From Macrostomum lignano (Eukaryota), in assembly GCA_002269645.1 (NCBI GenBank), contig NIVC01001199.1:124001-188000 (forward strand): 64,000 nt of DNA, read 5' to 3'. Under the pieces are notes generated by a model that searched no databases, had not been told where the DNA came from, and worked only from the letters and a program-made list of their open reading frames with translations. Position numbers and translations under genes: made by a program. Below are positions 43,413 to 60,721 of the stretch, piece after piece; positions within the stretch are counted from its first letter, which is position 1; every line of letters starts with the position of its first letter.

Positions 43413-43853
43413 TTAGTCGCTGTCGCTGTTGCACAGGCCGGCTCCCACGGCATGCACCGGTGACAGGCCACACTTGCGAAAGGCGTCCTTGGCGCATGCT
43501 AGGCAGCTTCGTTGGGTCTGGCAGGACATCAAGGTGCCCGACAGGCAGCCCAGCTGCCGGCTGTCGCTTGTCGCAACCGACCGAAAAATTGCCGCAGAAA
43601 CGGAGCTCAGAGCCGAACCGGCGGATTTGGAGCGGCAGACGGCGGCAGCGAACTCCGAGACCTGACGGAGGCTGCAGGTGCGGAGGCCACGACTGACGCA
43701 TTCCAGACAGTCCCTGCCGCCGCTTTGCTGCAGCTTGCAGCCAGTTAAAACCGGCTTCAGGCAGCCCAGCTGACCAGGCAGATTCGACTGGCTGACGGAT
43801 GCAGCCAGGGGGAGCCTGGATAGCAGCTGAAGCAGAGCCAGCACTGCGACCAT
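43413..43853 (-). CDS. Putative secreted cysteine-rich protein with two tandem 6-Cys repeats (146 aa, single exon)
   Basis: ATG at 43853, hydrophobic N-terminus MVAVLALLQLLSRLPLAAS, 12 Cys spaced C-x7-C-x9-C-x2-C-x7-C-x12-C and C-x7-C-x5-C-x2-C-x7-C-x12-C, each repeat starting QLGCL. GC-rich island between two satellites; AG acceptor 2 nt upstream of the ATG. Confidence 0.7.
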   Translation of the reverse strand: MVAVLALLQLLSRLPLAASVSQSNLPGQLGCLKPVLTGCKLQQSGGRDCLECVSRGLRTCSLRQVSEFAAAVCRSKSAGSALSSVSAAIFRSVATSDSRQLGCLSGTLMSCQTQRSCLACAKDAFRKCGLSPVHAVGAGLCNSDSD

Positions 43854-43904
43854 CACTGTTGAAGTGCGGCGACACAGCTGGGATGAGACTGCTGCGGCCG
43901 ATTG

Positions 43905-44510
43905 CAGCCGGGTGATTCACAAAGACAACTATCCGTAATTCTAGCAACCATCCGTGATTCACAAAGACAACTATCCGTAATTCTAGCAACCATCCGTGAT
44001 TCACAAAGACAACTATCCGTAATTCTAGCAACCATCCGTGATTCACAAAGACAACTATCCGTAATTCTAGCAACCATCCGTGATTCACAAAAATATCCAA
44101 AATTCACACAACCATCCGTGATTCACAAAGACAACTATCCGTAATTCTAGCAACCATCCGTGATTCACACAAATATCCAAAATTCACACAACCATCCGTG
44201 ATTCACACAACTATCCGAAATTCACACAATCATTCATGATTCACACAATCATCCGTCATTCACACAACTATCCGAAATTTACACAATCATTCATGATTCA
44301 CACAATAATTCGTGATTGACACAATTATCCGTGATTCACATCATTCGTGATTCACACAATCATTCGTGATTCACACAATAATTCGTGCTTCACACAACCA
44401 TCCATAAAAAACCCAATCATCTATAATTCACACAATCATCCGTAATTCACACAATCATCTATAATTCTCACAATCATCCGTAATTCACACAATCATCCGT
44501 GATTTACACG
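43905..44510. repeat. 42-bp minisatellite decaying into a ~20-bp subunit
   Basis: GTGATTCACAAAGACAACTATCCGTAATTCTAGCAACCATCC, then GTGATTCACACAATCATCC-like units. Confidence 0.9.
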
Positions 44511-45033
44511 ATTAATAATCTGCATTTTCTGAAAATCCAAGTGCAGAATTAAACTCAAAAAGCTTACCCTTCATAGCGTTGCCAACAGTTTCACACATTT
44601 CTTGTATTGTTTAATTTGCTCTGCAGAAGTTTTCACTGTAACAAAATTAAGAAAGTGAATAATAATCAATAGCTTAGTATCGATCGATGCCTTTCGATTA
44701 AGTCAAGAATTGAGTCTTTATCAAAGCACTCCCACATCAGATATTGTTACGAAAGTTGTAACAATGTTTCTGCAAATTTTACCATAAACTATGGCAAGAA
44801 ACGAGGTTTTATTAAAAAAGGCTTATAGTTATATTATAGTTAGCATAAGCGTGTTGAAACGGACCCACACACTGCAATTGTCTATGGCCGACTTCAATAA
44901 ATAAAACTCGTTTGCATATAAGTATTTTGTTTGACCCAATTAGTTAGGCCATTTGACACACTCAGAACCTGACCAGCTGGATCCAAGAAAGAAAAAAAGA
45001 AGAAAAGAAAGACGGACGGAGAGGTAGTTAAGG

Positions 45034-45370
<337 letters not shown>

Positions 45371-45664
45371 GGTGGTTGACTGGATGGTAGCCGGGAGAGA
45401 AATAAAATTAAAAAGCCCAAAATCCACCTGATTCGATGCAGAAAAGAGTGTCTTCGACACTTGACGGGATCGGCTCAGCCCGCCGTAGTCCAGAGCCGTT
45501 GCCGTCGCGCGTGCTTAATTTCATAGAGGCATCCAAAGCGCGTCTAGAGTCAGCAAACTACTGGTCCCTCCACAGGCTCCACGGCTTCTTTCACCGATTC
45601 ACGATATAATACTGAATCATTCTGAAAAAAATCCTTTAGCGATGATACTTAGTACGTATTCTTA

Positions 45665-45943
45665 GTACGAGCTACGCACTTCCAACACGAAGAATCACAG
45701 GACATAGTTTAGATCGCTCTTGCTCATGTATTGAAGATCTTTCAGAACCATCTTGTTCGTCACACTCCCATTTGCCCAATGCTGCTTCTTCAGTTCATGC
45801 CGGGCACGGAAGGTGTTTACCATCCATTCGCATTTCTTCTTCGTCGTTACTGGAGTCACTGCGTCCATTGCATCAAAGACATCCTGCTCAGTCATAGACG
45901 CCGCATTCGGTTCAGCAGAACAGATTTCATTGGCTAAATCCAA
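45665..45943 (-). pseudogene. Crypton-like tyrosine-recombinase (DUF3504-associated N-terminal region) fragment
   Basis: TTKKKCEWMVNTFRA...DLQYMSKSDLNYVL*FFVLEVR resembles the T..WAV..F..W...M...ELN..L..FV.EVRK pattern of Crypton-A/KCTD1/ZMYM proteins. It has an in-frame stop and no catalytic domain follows. Confidence 0.6.
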
Positions 45944-46354
45944 TTCTAGATTCTTGATTTAGAATTCCTTGGCTGACCATCCGGCAGCTTAAAATTTTAA
46001 ATCGACTACAGCTAAGCCTACAGCTGCTCTCAATTTAGTAGCTAATGCGTATATTGCAATAAAAAATTAAATTTAAGACATGCTCAGCACACGTATAGTA
46101 GCGGATGCCAAATTCATCAAATTCATCGAATCGATGCTGAATTCATTTCTTAGTCCAAAATGTTAAATTTCAGTCCAGAAAAGGTTTTTCCGCGTTACCC
46201 TTACCCTTAGGCTGAGGGAGGCTGAGACAGTCTTCTGCTTTCCTACTTACAATAATTGCATATTGCAGTAGTTCAAAAGGTAAGTCCTATCTTATTTTAA
46301 ATTGTTTTCGCCAAACTGACAACAATCCGTACTACTGGGACAGTCCAAAAAGCT

Positions 46355-46381
46355 GACAGACAGACAGACAGACAGACACTA

Positions 46382-46418
<37 letters not shown>

Positions 46419-46421
46419 CTA

Positions 46422-46482
<61 letters not shown>

Positions 46483-46485
46483 CTA

Positions 46486-46542
<57 letters not shown>

Positions 46543-46693
46543 CTAAGACAGACAGACAGACACTAAGACAGACAGACACTAAGACAGACAGACAGACACT
46601 AAGACAGACAGACAGACACTAAGACAGACAGACACTAAGACAGACAGACAGACACTAAGACAGACAGACAGACACTAAGACAGACAGACACTA

Positions 46694-46734
<41 letters not shown>

Positions 46735-46945
46735 GGCAGACAGACAGACAGACAGACAGGCAGACAGACAGACAGACAGACAGACAGACACTAAGACAGA
46801 CAGACACTAAGACAGACACTAAGACAGACAGACAGACACTAAGACAGACAGACAGACAGACAGACAGACACTAAGACAGACAGACAGACAGACAGACAGA
46901 CACTAAGACAGACAGACAGACAGACAGACAGAAACAGGCAGACAG
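46355..46945. repeat. (GACA)n microsatellite with CTAA interruptions
   Basis: Directly visible. Confidence 0.97.
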
Positions 46946-47974
46946 TACACCAGGCACTAAAGCAGACAGAAATTAAGACATACAGACACGACACGGATAC
47001 TCAGAATGACACAGACTGCCGGAGATAGATTGAGGATGCGCATTGAAGCTGTTCGGAGATATAATAGAGAAGAACACAGCGATGTGATTGAGAATTCAAT
47101 AGAATGAAGAGTCGACTATAGGGCAGATAAAAAAGACTGCACGACCCACCCGGGGGGGGGGGGGCTGCATTGTGAGCGGCAACGGCTGGCTTTGATTGAG
47201 TGGGCCCGGTCGGCGCGGAGCAAGTCAACAGTAAAAGCCGAAGATCTGAGGATCCGAGAATTTTCTGAATGTGGAATATAAAGGATTGAACTTTGCCGGC
47301 CAACCTCTCGGTGAGCTAGTAAGTGTGAAGGCGGCAAGCGAAGGGCCCGGAAGTGACTCTATAGAGTTGCGTTGCTGAGTGGCCGGAGTTGTCAAGTAGT
47401 GCGGAAAACCGATTTAACAGTCGACGTTGCTCTGCAACTCTCAAATGACCTTCCATGTAACAAAACACGTGTGTAACGAGTCTCTGCCACTTAACTTCAA
47501 AATTTTGTAGGCAACTCAACTAATCGCTTCAAACTGGGACATTAGAAAAGAAAATAATCAAAGGCATTGGTTTGAAAGCCGCGTAGTTTGCCGTTGTGTA
47601 ATACAATCTCGACAGTTACATCTACAATATTTAGAATTTATAAGACAACTCTCAAAACTACCCCCACAACAGTTAAACAAAATGAGTGTTTACGAACTAA
47701 AGCAATTACTTAACTACCAAATTACCTATCATTTCAAACAGTCTTTTAGGAGTTAAAGAATAATGCCCCATCATATTCCTTTGTGGGTACAAAAGTTTCC
47801 GGAAAATCATTCAAAAAATTATAAAATTTTACCATTGACATGATCATCATCTAAAAAATACTGAATGCCTCGTTTAGGCTAACTGAAACTCTACTCCGTA
47901 CAGTTGGTTTATATTGACTATCTCTTGAGAGTGAACTGAATAGCTGGTAATTACATGTAGCAGCACCTCAAAGG

Positions 47975-48185
47975 GGCCGCTTAGCCAAGCCCCAAGCCCT
48001 CCGCAAGAGCCATAAAATCCCTCACCGGACACAAGCACCACTCCGCTTAGCCCATCCCCAAGCTCTCCGCCAGAGCCATAAAACCCATCCCCAAGCCCTC
48101 CGCCAGAGCCATAAAACCCATCCCCAAGCCCTCCGCCAGAGCCATAAAACTCCTCACCGACACCGACACCACCAGCTCTCACCGG
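47975..48185 (-). repeat. Inverted relative of the 38955-39275 repeat
   Basis: Reverse complement contains GTGTCGGTGAGGAGTTTTATGGCTCTGGCGGAGGGCTTGGG. Confidence 0.8.
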
Positions 48186-48920
48186 ACTCTACGTTCGGTC
48201 TACGACTTTTTCGTAGCTCCCACTTGGCGCCGCGTTTACGTCGCGGAGGGGAAACACGCCCAATGGGGGTGTACGAAGAGCGCCATGTAAAGTCAAGCAA
48301 TTACACTTCTCCCCAAAAACGAAAAAGCTCAAAAATGCGGATTAAAAGGATAAGGATTAAGGAATAAAACATGAAAAGTAAAAATACACTTGGCTCAGTT
48401 CGCAGCAGCAATTACGCGTTAAACTCTGTAGCTGATAGGCTTGTCCTTGGCCGCTCTTGGGTGCGGCCTCTCCGCAATGCCGCGCTCTGGCGAGGCGGCG
48501 CCAGCGTCGGCTTCCGGTGGCGGGTCCTCGGCCACTGTCAGAGGCCGAATGTGCGTCAGTCGCCTTGCCGCAGGATGTAGGAATCGCCTAGCTTGTCGGT
48601 GACGGTCCAGGGTTCGAGCTCGAAAGGCGTCTGCGTTTTCGTGCGTCTCGTCTACTTGCGGAGAACCGCCGAACCCGGCTCGACGCTGGCCGCCTTGGCC
48701 CTCCTGGAGCGGTTGAAACCTGCTGCCATCTGCTTGGCCGCGTGACGCTTTGCAAGGTCGGCTCGGTCGTGCTGCACGGGCTGCGTTGGTTGAATTGACG
48801 GGAGGCCGTCGTTGAGAGCTCGGCCCATGAGTAGTTCAGCTGGTGCTACGCCGGATGCCGAGTGCGGAGTGACGCGATGAGCGAGCAGCCAGTCGTCTAG
48901 TGCAGTACGCCAGTTGCGTC
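48185..48920 (-). mobile_element. Ty3/Gypsy LTR retrotransposon remnant: integrase C-terminus, polypurine tract and start of 3' LTR
   Basis: WRTALDDWLLAHRVTPHSASGVAPAELLMGR, continuing in frame through TAG/TGA stops (KTQTPFELEPWTVTDKLGDSY). PPT GGGGAGAAG at 48314-48306 is followed immediately by TGTAAT (LTR start, 48305). Confidence 0.8.
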
Positions 48921-51512
48921 CTTCCGCTTCAGCATTCCGGGCTTCTGCACTATCCGCAAGGACCGTAAAACCGCCCGCTGCGACCCGAACGTTAAAGGCG
49001 GCGGCCTGCTCTTCTTTATCCGGCAAGTCATTCCGTTCAATAAACCCCGAGGATGGTCTGGCGGAACCACCGAAGGCTGCAGAATTTCGATCAGCACCTC
49101 GGCCAGACAAAAACTTGTCATCTCCAACATCTGCAGCACAAGCTCAGTGCCTGGTCGACTGGTGCAACTCCGTGGACTACCGCATCCTGAACTCAGGGGA
49201 ACACACTTAAGTTGACAGGCGCACCGGACGGGCTAGTGCTCCCGATCTCACCATCGCTAGTCAATCAGTGGCCGACCTCTTTAAATGGCAACCGCTCACC
49301 GAGCTCGGCTCCGATCACCAACCCATCCTGGTGATTGTCCCGGAATCCCGTGAAACCCTGAGCACTGCGCCTCGCTTCAGCTGGTCTTGGAAGAAAGCGA
49401 ACTGGACTGCTTACCAGACCCTGCTCTCCGAGGACGCCGACCGCCTCAATGGCGGCTCCATTAAGAAACAGATTGCCAGGCTCTGCTCGGGCATGCTTAA
49501 AGCAGCCAAATCTGCTATCCCGCTAAAAAAAGTCTCTGCCAAAAACAAGCCATACTGGGATGAAGAACTTACTGAACTTCGCGACACTCGGAACCGGCTT
49601 TGGGAATCTGGCGCCCATCCTGGTGAGTGGCTCGAAAAAAGTCACGAACTGTCCAAACTCTGTACCGAAAAGAAAGCCGAATTCTGGAAGGAGTACATCA
49701 ATAAAATGTCCGACTCTGCCGACCCAAAACAAGTCTGGAGGACTGTCAAGTGCCTCAGCAACGGCAAACAACAAGCTCCTCCCAACGAATCTCTCGTTGT
49801 TGATGGTCGAGAACTGCGCACGGACAAGGAAAAGGCTAACGCCTTTGGCCGCTATTGCGAAAACATCAGCACTCTGAAACACTCGGCGGTGGACCGCAAG
49901 GTCAAAGTGGCCACGTCCCGTCGCCTGGCCCACTACTCCACCGACGACAACCTTTAATGCCGTGACTTCACCCCTGGTGAGCTGAAACGGGCCATTGGCA
50001 AACTTGACCCAAGCAAAAAATGTGGGCCCGACGAAATCGAAGCTGCCTTCTTCATCCACCTGCCGGACTCTTGGATGACGGCCTGGCTGGCCGTCTTCAA
50101 CCGTTGCTGGCGTACCGGACACTTCCCTGGAGTCTGGAAAAAGGCCGTTATCGTCCCCCTGCTAAAGGACGGAAAGGACCCCAAAGACCGCGGTAGCTAC
50201 AGGCCTGTCAGCCTCACCTCCATCTGCGGGAAGATCCTCGAACGGCTTATCCTCGATCGCCTCTTTCGCTGGCTCGAGCTCCACCACAACATCATTCAGC
50301 CCTGCCAAGCCGGTTTTCAACGTAGTCGCGGCTATGAAGAGCAAATCACCCGCCCCGTTCAGTCTATTCAAGATGAATGGGAGAAACACCCGCACTTGAA
50401 AACTGTGGCCGTCCTCATCGACTGCTCTCGCGCCTTCGACCGTGTTTGCGCGCTCGCCTTATTGGTCGCATGATGGACGAAGGTTCACCAGCTTTCTCGA
50501 AGGCAGGCAGATCGCTGTGCGGGTCGGCTCCTCGCTTGGGAAATGGCGCAGACGGAGGGCGCCGTCAGCTCGCCTGCCCTCTTCCTCATCGATGTTAATA
50601 AGTGGTCCGGTCACACCGTGCCTCTCGTTGACTACAGTGGCATTGCAGACGATCTCGCCCTCTGGAGCACGGGCCGGAACCTCCCGGAAATCCAGGCTCG
50701 CCTCCAATCCGCCCTGCAGCTCGTCGAGTAATGGGCCGCTCATCTGCGTATCGACATCAACCCTTCTAAAACTGAGGGATGCCTCTTCTCTCGTGACAGA
50801 TCTGACCGTCAACGCAACCTCAGCCTCACCCTCCGGGGCCAACAGATTCCTTTCAAGCAGGAGATTAAGTTTCTCGGAATCTGGATTGACCAATGTCTGC
50901 AATTCGAAAAGCAAACTGACTCCGTCCGGGAAAGAATGCTTCGCAGAGCTGCCATTCTTCGTGCCCTAGCCCACCGTGAATGGGGCTGGGATCGCAAGCT
51001 GCTGCTGCGAGTCTACCGGGCTCTTGTCGAATCCATCGTGTGGCACGCCGCCGCGGCCTGGACGCCCTGGCTATCTGCGACCCCAGCCCAGCGTGAGGCC
51101 CTCCGGGTTGTCACTGGTTTCCCCCGCTCGACACCGGTAGAGGTCATCTACCTCTTGAAAGAGGTACCTCTTGAATTTTCTCTTCTATTCTCCCCCCGCT
51201 TATTTATTATCAAGAGGAGGCCCTTTAGGACCTCCTAGTCTCGCAGGTCCGCGCCGGGCACTGTCCTGCATCGATCTACTACCGCAACCGCACTGGCATT
51301 GAGGTCGGGGGCAACTGCCGTCTTTGCGCGGAAGAGGTCGATCGGTACCACCTTCTCAACTGCCCGGCCCTGGACGTCCAACGCCGTACTCACGGCATTA
51401 CCGAAATGTGTCAACTCGCTCGCGCAGACGTAGTGGCGCTTCTCCTTGGGGCCATCGGTTGGTGTCCCCTTTAGGAGAGGCTCACCGCATACAACAACAA
51501 CAACAACAACAC
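48917..51512 (+). mobile_element. Decayed, 5'-truncated non-LTR retrotransposon (APE endonuclease + RT + C-terminal CCHC, I/Jockey-group-like) with (CAA)n tail
   Basis: FSIPGFCTIRKDR...GGGLLFFIR and PDLT...LGSDHQPI (APE); WKKAVIVPLLKDGKD...SYRPVSLTSICGKILER, DCSRAFDRV, IADDLALW (RT); CRLCAEEVDRYHLLNCPAL (~51315-51375); (ACA)n at ~51490-51510. Multiple frameshifts, stops and deletions. Confidence 0.9.
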
Positions 51513-53329
51513 CACCAGCTACACTCAACTCAGGCATTATTTCTTCACAGGCTGATTTAATTTGGTTTATATTATAAGCAGCGTTCGTTCTCTAAAGCTA
51601 ATATTCTTAAAGCCTGTCAGCCCGCCCGTCTGTCTGTCCTGTAACGACTCCAGAATATAATAGCTCATTGTGTGCATCCCTGTCACCAGTCAGCCGGATT
51701 GTTAGGAGTTAGGAGATTATTTTCTTTTTCTTCACCCGCTAAAAAGAAGGCCCATTCATACTCTTGAGCCGAAATCGACTTTTCTATTCATATCAAGGCC
51801 GGTATTTTCAAAATATTCCGGCGACCTGAGAGTGCAAATCCCTTCAAGATGAAATGGTGACCAGTCGAGATGATCAGTCTGCCTGCTTATGTAGAGTCTA
51901 AAGTGGCCCAAGTTTTTATGCATTTTCCAATCCCGCGCTTTGTACAGTTTTTCATTGGCAGATTTCTTTTTTTCGGCGCTTTCTACTGCTTCACTGCATG
52001 CTGCATGCTCCTTCCCATTGTCATTTAAAACGAATTTTAAATGATTTTTGTAGCAGCTCTCACTCCGAAGCCTCGAGGAAAATCAGAACACTTTTTATTA
52101 AATCCTGGCCGACTGCCGGCTTGCAAAGTCGGGTAAAAATGGTTTTCTGCTCACGCATAACTGCTTTTTAGATTTTCTCTATTGAAGCTTTTGTCAAACT
52201 TGTTCATTGTTCTGCGTCATTGTTTTAGACTTTTTTTAGCCCAGTACGCTTGTTGTTTGTGGCAGCGACTATGGCTTCGGTTTGTTTGTTTATTCTATAT
52301 GCAACTCTGATGCAAATTTTTTCACGACTGAGGTCATGGGGTCTGCATGGTCTAGCTAGAGGCGCTGCCCTAACGCTCTTGTGCCAAACACCAGCGCCAA
52401 GTACTTAGAAGAGAGCAGTGGAGCTCTAATACGGTTTGACAGTGGAGATTCAGGTGAACAATTTGATGGCTTGATGAAGGACATTCTATTCTGCGTGAGC
52501 TCCACTTTACTAATTGGCCCATTAGTGTGGCCGTTATTATGCTACAGTATGTGGAATTACTTACTTTAGATGTACTTTACCGTTACCATTAGTGTGGCCG
52601 TTAGTATGCTACAGTATGTGGAATTACTTACTTTATTAGATGTACTTTACCATCGCTAACGACCGTTCTGTGCATCATAGAGGTGGCAAAATTTAAACAA
52701 GAAACTCCGTCTGCTCGGAGAGAACTTGATTCTTTTTTCCATCGCGCCAAAAAAGTTCCGTCAGGCCAATGCTGGAGAACAAATCCATCTAGAAGTCGTG
52801 TCAGTCAGAGCAAACTGTGGGGGGGGATTGCTAGAAGAGCGCAGCTTTGTACTTAACGCAGAGCTCTATGATGTGGGGATCAACTTCGATGTAATAATTA
52901 ATACCATCAGTGTAAGCAGCTTTCAAGTCTCTGAGCTCCCTTTTGTCCTTTATTTATTCACTTCACGTATGCCTTCCTTCGTGTCAGGATTCGGATTCCT
53001 GCGCCGCGTTTTCCAGACGTACAGCTCAGACAGAGATATGGCTACTCAATTTTTATTATTATTTTAGATTAGAAAAAGTAAGCACATTTGAATACGAAAT
53101 AGTAGCGCAAAGAAATAATAATAATGTTTAGTAAGTTTAATAATAATTAAAAATATTCTGGCAAGCAACGCGAGTTAGTGCAAAGTACAAGACAATTTTA
53201 AGTCCAAACAGTTGTATATCGTTACCACCTTCAGATAACTGTTTTGTTAGTAGGCTTTTGACCATAGATATTTTTCGCCGCTAGAGAGGATGCAGAGGCA
53301 CAGAGAGTCCGTTGTGGTGTGGGGGTGAA

Positions 53330-53566
53330 GATCTAACCATAGAAATTCTAACCATAGACATTCTAACCATAGACATTCTAACCATAGACATTCTAACCAT
53401 AGACATTCTAACCATAGACATTCTAACCATAGACATTCTAACCATAGACATTCTAACCATAGACATTCTAACCATAGACATTCTAACCATAGACATTCTA
53501 ACCATAGACATTCTAACCATAGACATTCTAACCATAGACATTCTAACCATAGACATTCTAACCATG
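53330..53566. repeat. 15-bp minisatellite
   Basis: CTAACCATAGACATT, ~16 near-perfect copies. Confidence 0.95.
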
Positions 53567-53920
53567 GACAAATTTCCTTGAATTAAACAGCCCTACTAAC
53601 AATATTTCTATTTTAAAGATATTTTAAAATATCTTTTATAATATTTTATATTTATTTTTATTTTTATTTTTATTTTTATTTTTATTTTTATTTATTTATT
53701 TATTTATATTTTAAAATATTTTAAACTTCGTGATTTTTCTATATCTCTTTCTATATCTTCTATTTCTCTATCTGTCTATTGCTAAATTTCTATGGGATTT
53801 ATTCATAGTTTGCTTGTTTAGTTAGTTTTGCAGGTGGGTTTGGGCGTTACCCAGGTCGGCAGGGTCGGCAAGGGCGGCACACGCGAGAGGCAAACAAAGC
53901 AAGCAAACAGCACGCGATAG

Positions 53921-57655
<3,735 letters not shown>

Positions 57656-58339
57656 CTGGGGGTGTTGCATAAAGGCGTGTATGATGGTGGAGTGCGCAAA
57701 GCGAAAGTATTCCGGGTATTCCGGGAAATCGATAAATGACGGAAATGTTAAAAACACGTTGCCCAGTGAACTTTGCATACTTGCCAGGTAAAATTTGATG
57801 CTGAAAAGTCTTTTTAATCCCTAATAAAACTTCAAAAACACAGTTCTATACTTAAAGAGCTGCTTTTATTCTTCAAAATGAAAGCACTTGATTGACAAAG
57901 TCCCCCTTTCTTAACTCAACACAGCCTTCACGATGCCTTATGGAGTTTTACCTCGAAAAAATCATTGGACTTCTTTTATTGCACTTGACTTTGCTCCTTT
58001 CTATAGCCCTTGCGAATCTTACGAGTTACTTGTGACTATTCTCTATACATGTAGCTATACGCTTGTGACATGACAGATTCAAAAGTACCACGTGGGGGGA
58101 TGACGATTGATTTTGTCTGGCCAAGTAACCGAATTAAGTCTGCTGGAGAAGAAGCTGCTCCGCGGTCTGCGCAGCCACTGGCCATCCATGGGAAAGGCCG
58201 AGTGCTTGGCCAAACTTCAAATTGTCCACCGAATTTGCATTCTGCCAGTTTAACCCGGGGTTCCGCTGAAGCCCGGCGTCCCCTGAGACTTGAATTGATC
58301 AACCAATCATTCATGATACAGTTTCTCACGCACTTCAGC

Positions 58340-58726
<387 letters not shown>

Positions 58727-59673
58727 ATACATACAGGCCCGCGACCTGCACTTTTACTCTGAGAGAAAGCGCGCACGTCAGTATATAGTACCCAATGCTA
58801 TCGTCTATTTATCATTTATCATTTTTGAGATAATTTTTGTACAAGGAGATAAACACTCTGAAGAATGGATGCTGAGCCAGCTGTCGAGATTTATCCTAGT
58901 GGCAGATGTAGCAGCATCTGCTGTTCTATTTCGATCATCAGTACGCCTGTAACTTTCAGCCCATTGCACTGAGTCGTGTGGCATCTTTGAATAACTTTCT
59001 ATAAATTTCCAACAGTTCAGAGGAGAAAAAATAGCAATATGAAAAGGAATAAAATAGAACTATAGACGTGACAAAGTCAGTTATTCACTGCATGAATTGT
59101 CTGCTTGTCATAACAATTTTTTGTGTCAAATTGAAAACAGCACAGCTATTTTAGGAATAAACACACTTATAGTTACGGATTTTTTCCACTCAGACTCAAC
59201 CGAAGACGTTATCACGTGTAAATAATAGTTATATGCAGCTGTCATTTCCCAAATCTTTCAGCACAAACTTTGCAGGAAGTTTGCAGCCATTGAATTTTGG
59301 CAAAACAGTCTTTTACGGCGTTAATTAAAGCAGAAATATTTCAAGAAAATACTTCCGCTAAAAGCATGCAGAAATGAATTGCTTTTTATGGTTCTGAAGA
59401 CTGAATAAGAATAAGCCAAGCTTGGCGAAAGCAAATGGCTAAAATTTCTCCGGTGACCTGGCAAGAAAACAAGGGTAGAGTACTTTTTTAGCCAGACGAA
59501 AACTTTGTGGAGACTCAACTGGTTGAGTTGTTTTGCTTCAGGGCCTTCTGAATAGTAATGTTCTGTTTTATCTAGTAAATCATGTAATACGAACGCATGT
59601 GATGGGTTGAATCAGCTGTTTAAATTGTGATGTTTCAAGCGCGTTTCTACACATTTCTATCCGTAATAGCATA

Positions 59674-59970
59674 GGGGGCTGTAGCCTAGTGGTTGGAGCG
59701 TCGGGCTCACGACTTGAAGGTCGGGGGTTCTAACAATTTGTGTCCTTGAGCAAGACACTTAACTCTGCATTGCTTCAGTTCACCCAGCTGTAAAATGGGT
59801 GCCAGCATTAGCTGGGGTAATTGAGGCTGTGTGTGGCGACCCCCCAGTCCTTGGACTGAACAGCCGTACGCAGCCTTCAGATGCGACACGCAATAGCTGC
59901 GGCTGAGCTGTCGGTTGCACATCTGCCCATTAGGGCAGGTGTTTTCAACTATTAGTATTATTATAATTAC
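59674..59970 (+). mobile_element. Second copy of the tRNA/CORE-like SINE
   Basis: Near-identical A-box head and CORE-like block (59739-59805) to the 7256-7560 copy, in opposite orientation. B box is damaged; tail GGCAGGTGT...ATTAGTATTATTAT. No TSD seen. Confidence 0.8.
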
Positions 59971-60721
59971 CCATCATGTACTGGTTTTTGACAATCTGCC
60001 CCTGATCAGCCCTTTGTGTGATGCACTGTTGACCCCGATCACGGCCCATGTGTGATTGAAACACACGCGCTGAGAAAGCAAAACACAATTTAAGCAACCT
60101 ATGCTGCTTCTCTCCATTATATATTTTTAAAACTAAGACAGTAACTTACCAGTTGTCCATCGATTGTTATCGGGTATTAATATTATTTTTTTGTTTATAA
60201 TGGCAGCGATTTTTCTGTATTGCAATCTTATCTGTAGCAACGCGAGTCAATATTGATCTGCATTGTCCTATCTGCTAATATTAGCTTTGGCTGGTATCTC
60301 TGGGCGCTTAAAGTCTAACACTGGGTTCCCATGACGCATATCCCATGCTAGGATTGGCGAGGGATAAAATGGGAGAAAGGGGAACTGGGGTAGGCTACGG
60401 CCTGAGGGCCAATGAATGACAGTTGACTTTTCTACGCTCCTATACAGAGCTTCTGGACCTGGTAGTGGAAATGCTGCAACAATCAGTCATCTGGGATTTA
60501 ATTTTTTTGCCAAACCCATTCATTGTTTTGAGAAAGCTTTAAAATATTGGCCGTTAGAATAAATCATTTTAAATTGAAGGCATAAATTCAATCAAAAAAT
60601 TAGCTACCTGTAGAAAAATGAACAATTGTAAGCCATGGGGCTGTCCTACCCCACTCACACTCGAGCGATTCACACTCACGAAGGCCAACCTCCTAAGGCT
60701 CACAGAGTGTACATGCCTGAC

